A stretch of DNA of 57,275 nucleotides, from NCBI GenBank assembly GCA_943704425.1, contig CALSCP010000515.1:21914-79188 (forward strand), written 5' to 3'. Source of the stretch: Ministeria vibrans ATCC 50519. Its lineage: Eukaryota > Protista > Filasterea. The first letter of the stretch is position 1. Every line of letters starts with the position of its first letter. Below, piece by piece: positions 41,246 through 54,507 of this stretch. The notes beneath the pieces were generated by a model. It was not told where the DNA came from. It saw only the letters and a program-made list of their open reading frames with translations, and did not search any database. The position numbers were made by a program, and so were the translations under genes.

Positions 41246-44200
41246 ATGGGTGGGAAGTCGTCAAAGGGCCAGGTGCAAGCGCTTCTTGTTGAGTTTCTCT
41301 CATCATCTTCGTTTTTTTTTGTTTTTGTTTTTTCATGACAGGACCTCGAGAAACTGATTCCTTCCCTGCAAACGGGAGACATTGTTCTCATGTCAGGCAA
41401 GACAAGCGGTGGTTTTATCATCCGAACCTTCGAAGGGTATTCTGCAGATTCGTCACTTTCCCGTCATGACGTTGTTGTCTCCGCAGATCTCCCTTCTCCC
41501 ACATTGGACTGGTGTACCGGCGCCGAAACGAGGACGGCATTGATCAGGTTTGCGTGATGGAGGCGTCCACGAACCATGCGGGTCTTGTGGACGTGGAGAC
41601 TGGCGAGGTGAGTCGCGGCGTCGAACTTCTCGACTTGCGCGAGAAACTGCTCTCTGGCTGGTACGACGCCGTCGCCTTTCGCCAATTGATTGTCCCCGAT
41701 GACGTCCGCGAAGAGATTGCTCCGCTTCTCTACGAGTTTCTCGAGAAGACGCGAGGGTAAGTCACACAAAGCGCCTTCCGCCCTCAAACCGCAGCCTGAC
41801 CCTTATTCTGCCACGTTTGGTGTGGCGCAGCCTTCCCTATGAGCAGAGTATGCTTGAGATGGCCAAGTCCGCCTACGACAAGTTCCTCGGCGAGAACCAC
41901 TACGAGAACCTCTCGAGCATCTTCTGCTCTGAGTTTGTCGGCGCTGCCCTCATGCACATGGGTCTGCTGCCCAACCGAATCTCCCAAGATCGCTATTTGC
42001 CATCAAATGAGTACTCTCCGGCGGTATTCCCATTCGCTCTCGCCTCTCATCCGAATGACTGATTATTTTGCTTTTTTTTTTTTTTTTTCGCTTTAGGACT
42101 TTACGTCACGACGATCACTTCCCTTGCAACGTGGAGCAATGTACGGACCCGAGATTGACATGTATGTACCGCCAGGTCTCAAGAAGGTACCGCTCGCTAT
42201 CGGAAATGGCTCAACTCATCGCTGATCTTCCTTATTTTCGCTTTGGGTTCTTATTCATTATAGCTTCGCGCGCCGAAATCCATTGCAAAACCCGCAAAGA
42301 AAAAGAACAAGGTGAGTGCGGCCGAGGCTCTTCTTGAGCCTGTAGCGCCGGCCGAGGATGCGACGGCTCTGTGGAAAGCGCTGTGCATCAACTTGTTCCG
42401 CCGACCCACAATGAAGCAGGTAAAACAGATTGTTGTTGTTTTGCGCCTCTCCTCTTGCGCCCCCTTTTTTTCTTTACTACAATACTCGGCTCTTTTTGCC
42501 ACGTTCCTCGTGTTTTCCCAAAAACAGTACGAGAGTCCGTTTTCACCTGAGCCACAGAGCGTGTTGCAGCTGTGGGAGTTTTTCCCCTTGTAACCGCCAA
42601 CTTTGAGTCTTTGCAAGTCAAATTATGGATTTGCAGAGAATTACGTTGGTGAAATATCACTAATAGTTAGTATTCATTTTTTTGTTTTGTTTGTTTTTAT
42701 TGATGATTATGGTCGTTGTTAAAATTGTTACGTTGTTCTTCTGCTTGCTGATGGTTTGGATAGATTCGAACGTATTGGAATGCGTTCGACGCGAATGAGA
42801 ATGGGCGATTGGAGCGCAGTGAGGCGACGGAGTTTCTGCAGCGGTTGCATGCGGATTTTGGAGAGGAAGGGACGACACCCGACATGGCGTTTCTGGCGCG
42901 TGTGGAGCACAAGATTACGGGGACGATTGCATGGGAGACGGTGCGCCGGGTGCTGGTGGGGGCGACAGACTACGGTGTGTGCGCACTGGTGGTGACCAAA
43001 TTGCGCGGGGCGTTCAAGAGCGCCAAGTGTGAGGGTCCCACAGGTCTGCTGACCAAGGCAGCCGCGCGCGATGCGGTGGCAGTGCCGCTGCTGGCGCGGA
43101 ACAATGTGCACGCGGGCAGCAAGCTGCACAAGCGGGCCATGGCGGCCGTGGATGGCCTTGCAGTCGACCCGGTGCCCTTTGAAGAGTTTGTGCGTGTGTT
43201 TGGGCCTCTGTACCAGGAGACGGTGCTGCTGCACGACCACGAGAACATCTCGGGACTGCACGCGCGCGTTGACCCACACAAGGACCGCATGGCTATCGAC
43301 GGTCACGTCAAGTCGTTTGCCCCCGAGCGTCTCTATGTTGATGCCAAGTTTCTCATTGATGGCCAAGAGACTTTTGCTGAGATGGCCCAACTCATTGAAG
43401 TACTGACAAAGTTTTTTTTTTTTTTTTTTTTTTGTTCTACTCACACACACACACACACACCCTCTTTTCTTTTTCCGCGTGTGTAGAGCGCGACGACGTC
43501 GATCATGTGCTCGTTCTGGCGGCTGTCACCGGAACTGGCAATGGTGCGGACACGCGAGGCAGTGCCCGCAGAAGACTCTCACATGGGGACACTGCTGCGG
43601 CGCAAGGCAGAGCAAGGCGTTCGCGTCTATGTGCTGCTTTTTGACGATTTGGATGCTGCGCTCGATCTCTTTCCCGAAGAGAACAAGGCAGTAAGTGAAT
43701 GAATGAATAAAAGAGAGGAGGGGAAAAGAAAAAAAGTGATAGAGAGAGGAGGGGAAAGGAAACAAAGTGAGAAAGAGAGGAGGGGAAAAGAAACAAAGTG
43801 ATAGAGAGAGGAGAGGGAGGAAAGGAGACTAAACGATAGAGAGAGGAGAGGGAGGAAAGGAGACTAAACGATAGAGAGATGGATGAGGAAGAAAGAATAT
43901 AGGAAGACAAAACTCAAAAGGAAATAGAGAGAGAGGGTTTGTGGACTGAGCAGTTTTGACCTGTGTAGTATCTTGAGGGTCTTCACGAGAACATTTCAGT
44001 CATTATTCATCCGGAGCAGTTTCCCATCCTGTGGTCTCACCATCAAGTACATAACTAAAAAAAAAATTGCAGAAACAGAACACGCAGCTAACTTTGTTAT
44101 ACTTTTTCTTTTTTTTCGGATGGTGATAGAAATTTCTGATTGTCGATGAACAAGTGGCTGTGTTAGGAGGACTCGATTTTGGAGTGGGCCGCTTCGACAA

Positions 44201-46010
44201 TTGCGAGCACGTCCTGTTTGACGAGACGGGCGGAAATATGTTTCCGGGCATTGACTATGTCAACGCAAAGACAAGTCAGATGACACACACTCACACACAC
44301 TCGTAGAAGAAGAGTGCGCTACTGACACCTTTTTCTCCGTCTCTATCATGGCAGGTGGCTATCCATCACGAGATGCCTATAGCACCCCGCGCACGGATTA
44401 CATCGACCGCAGCACTATGCACCGCTTCCCCTGGCACGACATTGACGTGCGCGTCAATGGTCTCGCTGCCTTTGACGTTCTCGTCAATTTTGTACAGCGC
44501 TGGAATGACCACCGTCCCCGTCTCAATCGGTGCCTTTTTTTTTCCACTGTCTTGTCGTTGGCTTTTTTCTTGGGTGTTGAGACTCTGCCTTCCTTTTTGT
44601 CCTGTGCAGATCGCGCTATCCGGAACTCAAGGCCCCAAAGGAGTCGTCGTACACGAGCGACGTGTCGACGGGAACGCACTCGGTCCAGATCGTCCGGTCT
44701 GCCTGTGAATGGTCCATTGGCCATCTCCTCAAGAGTCGTGTCGAAGTGTCTCTTTACGAAGTACATGACACTCCCTCCCCGTTCAATTCTTGCACTCAAG
44801 CTCTCTCCTCACTCCTCTTTGCCTTAGTCGTACATCCGTGCCATCAATGCGGCCGAGCACTACATCTACATTGAGCAGCAGTTTTTCATCTCGAGCACGG
44901 CCGGCGGTGGTGTGCAGAACCGCGTAGCTGAGGCCATTTACCAGCGCATCAAGTGGGCCGTGCAGAACAGCAGGACCTTCCGTGTCATTTTAGTCATTCC
45001 CTTTCCAGAAGAGACTGGTCTGGCTGCGCGCGAGATTGTCCACTGGACGTGGCGCACCATCTTTCGCGGTGGCCAGTCGCTTATGGAGCGTGTCGAGGAG
45101 CTTGTGCAGGGCACGGACCGCACCATAGAGGATTACCTCGTTGTGTGTTCGCTGCGCACGTGGCAGAAAAATCCCAAGGACGACGCTCACGTTGCGACCG
45201 AGCAAGTGTTTGTGCACGCCAAAGTATGAAATTGCAATGTTGTTGAGCGAACATGGGCGCTTTGTCCTCATTCAGGTGCTCTCTTTTTGTTTGCTACGTT
45301 CAGGTGATGATTGTCGACGACCGCGTCGCAATTGTGTCGTCTGCCAATGTCAATGATCGCTCTATGATTGGCTCACGCGACTCTGAACTGGGAGCAGTTG
45401 TAAGTGGAAAAACAAATAGAGGGGTTTCCCACTGCCCAGCCACACTCACCCATACCTACCATGACAGATTCGTGACGACAAGATGACAGAGACACTGATG
45501 GATGGCGGTGCAGCGTCGGTGGGCACATCAATCAAAGCCTTCCGTACGCGTCTGTGGCTCGAGAAGCTTGGCCTGTGCATGTGCAGTGAACACGAGAAGC
45601 TCATAGAGGATCCCGTTGTGGATGCAGTCTATCGCGACATCTGGCTTGCGACTGCTCGCAGTAAGTGGAATCGTGTTCATTTCGGATTGCTTACACACAC
45701 GCACCCACATGAAAACATCTTTTGTAGAGAACACGATCATTTTTAACAACGTCTTCCCTTTCATTCCGTCCAACCAACTGCGCACCCCCCAACAAGAAGA
45801 GGTAGCCCTCTGCTAAGTTAAAAAAAAAATGTGTCATAAACTTGTACTCTTTCCTAGGCGGCACCCAAAGCACCGCGTGAAGTGGAGCGTCTGGCCGATG
45901 TGAGCGGGTCGCTGTGTTTGAGCCCTCGCTTCTACATGGCCGATGATAAGTCTAATCCCATCGAGTGGATTATCGAGACCTTCCGTCCCTTCCGCAGACT
46001 GTTTCAATGA
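41246..46010 (+). CDS. Fusion protein: N-myristoylation motif + permuted papain-like NlpC/P60 (YiiX/YebB-type) domain + EF-hand + phospholipase D (two HKD motifs)
   Basis: MGGKSSK; TGDIVL, SPFSHIG, IFCSEFV; DANENGRLERSE; WSHHQ|KFLIVD..GGLD, PWHD, IYIEQQFF, FVHAK|VMIVDD..SANVNDRS.GSRDSE; all joinable in frame. The PLD part is very secure, the fusion moderately so. Confidence 0.75.
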
Positions 46011-46087
46011 AGAAGAACGACATTTAATAACGGAGAAAGGCCAAATTTTTTAATCATTGGGTACAAAAAAAAGAGAGGGAGAGATAT

Positions 46088-48295
46088 TTAGGAGACCTGA
46101 GCGGCCAAATTGTGATGAAGCGACGAAATGCGATTGGTCCAGTTGCGCAGATTGGCATACTTCGCGGCGTCCTCGCTCTGGGGATCGAGAAGCAGCACAC
46201 CGTGAACCTGGTCGATGCGCCCCCGCACAGCCTCATCCAGCACCAGTGCCGTCAGCAGCGACTCCACTTCTGTCTCGTCGATGTTCAGTTCGTCCGATAT
46301 GAACGACAGTCGGATGCGCGTATATGGTTTGATCAGTTTCAAAATCACCTGTAAATCACATGAATTATTATATCAATGAATGTGCAGAGGCATCAATAAA
46401 CTATTAAACGATACTCGCTGACCTGTGTGCGAACGTTCTTCTTAAGCTCCTCAATGTACTTTCGGATGAACGAGTCGGCCATGATGGTCTTCGCGTTGCG
46501 CTTGAGAATCTTTTCAAACTCGTGTACTTGATTACGTTGATACCTACCAATCGGAAGGTTGTCAGTCTCGCGTATTCTCTTATTGTCACTCTTGCCCTTC
46601 TCCCATTGCTCTCTCTTGATCCTCTCACACTTTGTGTTATGTCTCTCCCTTCTCTCTATTTCCTCTCTCTCTCTCTCTATCCGTATAACGAGTCGTACGA
46701 TGCAACTAAGTTGGTCATGGCAAGAATCTCCGGATCGTTTTTGTACGGCTTGGTCTCGGGAGAGTCAAAGGGATCGATGGTGCTTTGCATGAGCATGTTG
46801 GCGAGCACAAGGTACTTGAGGCACTGAATTCGGCGCGGCGACCCACTCTCGTCATAGTTCTTAAAGGCCTAAATTGATGTGTGAATTACAGGTTGGACGC
46901 CCACTCGTTCCATTTGCAACAGTGTTCTACCTCAAAGAAGTCTGTGTGTGCTTGGTCGTATTGGTCTTCGGACAAGTGCATTTTGCCGCCACACTCGCGA
47001 ATGGTCCCCAGAATGAGCGGATGCGGAATGGCTGACTTGATTTTCAGTGACTTCTCATAGATGGCCTGTTGGTTTGATATACATGCACACACACACAATG
47101 ATTAGTGTTGGTCACAGACCGATGCGTTTTTTTTTTTGGCGTACCTTGAGTTTCTTGTTGTTTTCTTGTTCGGTGTACATTTGGATTTCAAGCGCGTAAA
47201 TTTCGAGAAGCTGTGTGCCCTTCTTCATGTCATCACTGCCATCGTCCTGCTGGCACGAATCAACTAGTTGCTTGATGATGCGTCCCATTGCAGAGTACTC
47301 TTGGCGGTCGAAGTGAAGCTAAAGAGATCGTTAAGTATCCGTCTCAAACACGACATTTTTGCATATATTTATGCGAATAATGTGCACTTTCGTGCGTCAA
47401 CAGAATAATAGTACAATAATAATTCTAATAATAATTCTAAATATTGCTACCTTTCCCAGCTTGAGATTGGTCTTGAACCAAAGACGTTCGTTCTTTGCTT
47501 CTTGCAGGGCGGAGAGAGTGGTCTCGTAGAAGTTTTGCAGAAGCTCTCCGTCGGGTGTGGTGGAGATGCGATCGAGAATGCCATTGATGGACTTCTCACT
47601 GTAGTTGCGTGTCACAGCCGACTTGATGTACGTAAGCAGCTGCTTGTAGCGCTTCATCATCTTGTCGTGTTCGCCCCGCCGAAAGTGCAGCTTGATCATT
47701 TGCTTTAGTGCCTTGAATCCCCAGTCGCACTTCTCTTGTTCGAGCAACAGAACCTAACAATAAGTAAAAGACGAAGAAGAAAAGAAGAAGAACCCATATA
47801 ATAGTTAACAATAAGAATAAAGAAATAGACAAACAAGAATAATAATAATAAAAAATATACTATAATAATTATTATTGTAATAATAAGAATAATAATTATT
47901 TTTCGTGATTGTGTTTGATGGGGAAAAAAAGACGTTTGTTGCACTGACCTGTTCAAACGCCTCAAGCGCCGCCATCTCGTCGTCTTCCTTGAGCGACTTT
48001 GCAGTGTAATACCTGAGAGCGGGGGCAAGCGTCAGCAGCCGTATGGAGCGTGTGTCTTGCTCAACAGACAGCGAAAGAGTCACAGACGCAGAAACGAAGT
48101 TGAACTCTCTTCTGTGGTTGTTCTCCTACTGGTTTTCCATGTCCACGTCAGGCTCGCTTCCCTCGTCGTCTTCGTACTCAAGACCGTAGTCCTACAGAAC
48201 AGAGGATGTCGAATGAGATGCGCAGAGAGCGAATGGAGAATGACAATCTGTTGCGCTACCTCGTCGTCGTCCATCATAAATTCATCGTCGCTCAT
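46088..48295 (-). CDS. COPS2: COP9 signalosome subunit 2
   Basis: [63 protein letters not shown] domain IKPYTRI. Confidence 0.96.
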
Positions 48296-48653
48296 GGTCG
48301 AATGCTGACACGTGCGCCAAGAGGATGCAATGAGAAGAAAATAAAAAGAAGGAAAATTTTTGATATAATTTATTATTATTAATTATTTAGGTGATTGATC
48401 ATTGAACAGGTTTATTCGACTCTGACCTCCCTGCCGACAGACACCCTCCATGGTGTCAACGCTCTTAGCTTTCTTCGGAGGTACGGCGTACCATTGCAAT
48501 TGTCTCATTGTATAGCGACGCCAAAATGAATTGCATTCTACCTAATTGCTATAATTATTCTTCTATGTTATAAAAACAAACTAAAGATGAGGGCCTCGCC
48601 ACACATCGCTGGTGCAGTAATAATTAGTATAATTATACAGGTGTAATGATCGA

Positions 48654-51546
<2,893 letters not shown>

Positions 51547-51745
51547 TTCTAACTTTCCTATACTCAGCCCGAGAGGAGGAAGGCGGGCGGATAGAGAAGA
51601 ATTGCGAAAGTGGAGAAGAAAGGAGTGAGGACTGATGATTATCAATAAAACTGAAACCGTAATCAAAATCAAAATAAAATACAACAGTCTTTTAGAAGTG
51701 TACCTGTTAGTTCTTGAAAGCATCAACTCTATTTAGTTAAACCCA

Positions 51746-52239
51746 ATGGCAGGTACGGCACACGAGTGTGCTGATCTTCTCACGCCGCGGCTCACCTGTC
51801 GCACACTCCAGAAGCAAGCATCCCGCCGTCCACAGACACTGCGCCTGTGTTTGCTGCCGCCCCCATGGCTGTTGACGCCGCAGCGCCCACAGGTACGAGT
51901 GTGGTCGTGTAGAATGCCCTTGTTCACTCGGACGGCCGTGTCGTTTCCATAGCAAACGAAAGCAGCGCTCACGACCTGCGCGCCGCCGCCGCCGCCGCCA
52001 CAGCCAGCGCCGCCGAGCGCAGTGTTGCTGCTGACGACGCCAACATGTACGGCACGTCGCTGAGCCGCGCCGACATCCAGACAATGCCGCTGCGCAAGTA
52101 CCTCGACGCGACTGTCGTTCCCGTGCTGCTCGACGGCATTGAGATTCTCGGGCGCGAACGCCCCGACAATCCCGTCGAATGGCTTGCCGCCTACCTCCTC
52201 AAAAACAAGGACGCCGGTGCGATTCTCGAGAGGAAGTGA
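51746..52239 (+). CDS. DPY30: Dpy-30 homolog (COMPASS subunit), 3 exons
   Basis: [42 protein letters not shown]; AATAAA at about 52250. Confidence 0.9.
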
Positions 52240-52261
52240 GCTGCTCTCCAATAAAATCAAT

Positions 52262-52356
52262 CATCTTGTACATTGTTTACATTATAATGTCATGGCGCGC
52301 CTCCTCCCACCATCTCGTACATTGTTTACATTATAATGTCATGGCGCGCCTCCTCC
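52262..52356. repeat. 49-bp-period tandem duplication
   Basis: catct(t/c)gtacattgtttacattataatgtcatggcgcgcctcctcc occurs twice. Confidence 0.9.
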
Positions 52357-53334
52357 AGTCTCTCTCCAACTTCCCACAACACTCTTGATCGCTCAACAGC
52401 AATTTCGTCGCTTGCAAACCGATCAAGCGGTCGCGACAATACCACTCCCTGAGATTCCACTATGCCAGCGGGGCCTAAGAAGGGTCCTGGAAGAATGCGG
52501 ATTTCTCCTTCTAAAGAGACAATAATAATAATAAGTATAATGATTGATAATCGTATTGATGGCTTTTAGTCTGGTTGGACCTGTCCCATCCACACGTGCA
52601 CTGTAGCACACACTAAAGGCAGACCCGCGCCGCCACATGACCCGATCGGCGGCCGTTTCCTTTGCATTCCGTTCCTGTTCATTCCGCGCTCGCACAATCG
52701 GAAGAAAGTGCGTAATCAAGTCTACAATAATCATCATCAGAATTATTATTAAATTCTTGGCTGTGCTTACCTCTGATTTCGTTCGCTGAGAATTTCCCTT
52801 TGAGTCTCTCTTCAATTTGTTCAGTGTCTCTCACAGTTACATTTTTGCGCAAAATGTCCACTTCTTTCTCACTCAAATTCCCGTTTTCTATGCACACATA
52901 CACGCACACACACGGAAGTAAGAGAGAGAAAAAAAGAAAGACAATACCAATTGAGCGCTGTTTACCGATTTTGGTGAGCAATTGTCTCATTTGCGCACAA
53001 TCCATTGTGGAAAATGATTCATTGAGAAGAACAAAAAAATCCGCTACAAAATACACTGAAAATGAGTATTGATCTAAATGTACAAAGATTGCGTACCTAA
53101 TATAATTGCAATGGGTTGAAAAATGGACTCAAAGAAGTCGGATTGAGAAAAAAGCTAAAAGAAACGATTCAATAAAACACGAAACAAAAATTTTACGTTA
53201 CGTTCGAGAGAGAACCCAAAAACGGAATAGAGAGAATCGACGAGGAGACGGTGATTGAGTTGGGAGGGAAAATGTGAGGGAATTTATCCGTGATGAGAGA
53301 AATGCGCTGCAGTTGAAAAAACAGAGAGAGTTAG

Positions 53335-53426
<92 letters not shown>

Positions 53427-54403
53427 GATAAACAAAGTGATAAACAAAGTGATAAACAAAGTGATAAACAAAGTGATAAACAAAGTGATAAACAAAGTGA
53501 TAAACAAAGTGATAAGCAAATAATTGGTGATAAACAAAAAAGCGATAAACAAAATAGTGGTATAACAAAGTGAGTGAGAGAGATGTTGTAAGTCATACTG
53601 AACAAAGGAGGGTATTGAGAAGATGCAAAAGTGGATGCGCAAACCAAATGCGAGCGGAAACGGAGAGAGAGTCGAGTGCGAGAGACGGAGTAGGCAAAGA
53701 GGGCCATAGCCATGCGTGAAGGTGGAACTGTAGGAGAGACATAAACGACGTCAGAGAGCGACAGAAGAGGGTTGATCAAGCGCCTTCCTGTTGTCTCACT
53801 TTGGTAGGAATACTCTGGAATCCGTTCGTCTCCTCGAGAGCTCCCCAGCTGTACGGCGACCAGTTGTACCCGATGAACGCTATGTGCTGTTTGAGTAGGT
53901 GGCTGGACATGCTTGTGGTGGGGTAGACTGACCTCTACTGGCAGTAGGACACAATTCCACGGCGCAGTCGACTTGTGCACTGGCCAATGCGCACACTCGC
54001 ATACCGTCTGGCGTCTACACAGGGAGCACGCGCTAGCTGAGACGACAAAACAGCACACGCTGCTACTCCTGTGTGTGTGTGTGTACCGACAAGACCTCTG
54101 GGCCGGGCAGGTAGCGCTCAGGAGAGAGCTCGAGAAGCATTGTGTGGAAGACAGTGGAGTAGGGCGACAGGACGGACAGGACCGCCCAGCCGCCCTCTTC
54201 GTAGACAACGTCCCGCCCAAGTTGCTTCACAAGCCCATGGAGGTCCAGCGCACGCCGTGGACGCAGCTGCGTTCATAAAAGGGCAATTATTAGGAAATGA
54301 GACTTGCGTGCACAGTTTCTACGCGTTCGCCCAGAGGCGGTGGAGGAGACACCCCTTTGGGATGAAAGCAAAAGCATGGAACAGTAATAGCGGTCAGGAG
54401 CAT
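52326..54403 (-). CDS. Uncharacterised multi-exon protein with a HIT-like motif (not visible as a single ORF)
   Basis: Manual splicing gives MLLTAITVP...|LRPRRALDLHGLVKQLG...PGPEVLS|TPDG...ASR|AFIGYNWSPYSWG...FQSIPTK|FHLHAW...|...|...PGPFLGPAGIVESQGVVL...HDIIM* using GT-AG introns. Confidence 0.7.
53338..53520. repeat. (GA)n followed by a 12-bp (AAGTGATAAACA)n array, intronic
   Basis: About 7-8 copies of the 12-mer after the GA run. Confidence 0.92.
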
Positions 54404-54507
54404 ACTCGTGCAGAGAAGGAGACGAAAGAGAGTGAGATAACACTAAACACAAGGTGGAATAAACGAATTATTTCTTATTCATATTTTTTTTGTTATTATT
54501 CATCATC

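Noticed and set aside
42591-42593. In-frame TAA as evidence for a non-standard genetic code
   Set aside because: TAA, TAG and TGA all terminate conserved genes here and no other internal stops are needed
53198-54220. 340-aa minus-strand ORF and other ORFs built from RE/SL/HT/CV dipeptides
   Set aside because: They read through intronic microsatellites; the real product uses other frames via splicing
54267-54307. Possible GC-AG intron (GCAAGT donor)
   Set aside because: An in-phase GT donor 15 nt upstream explains the gene equally well
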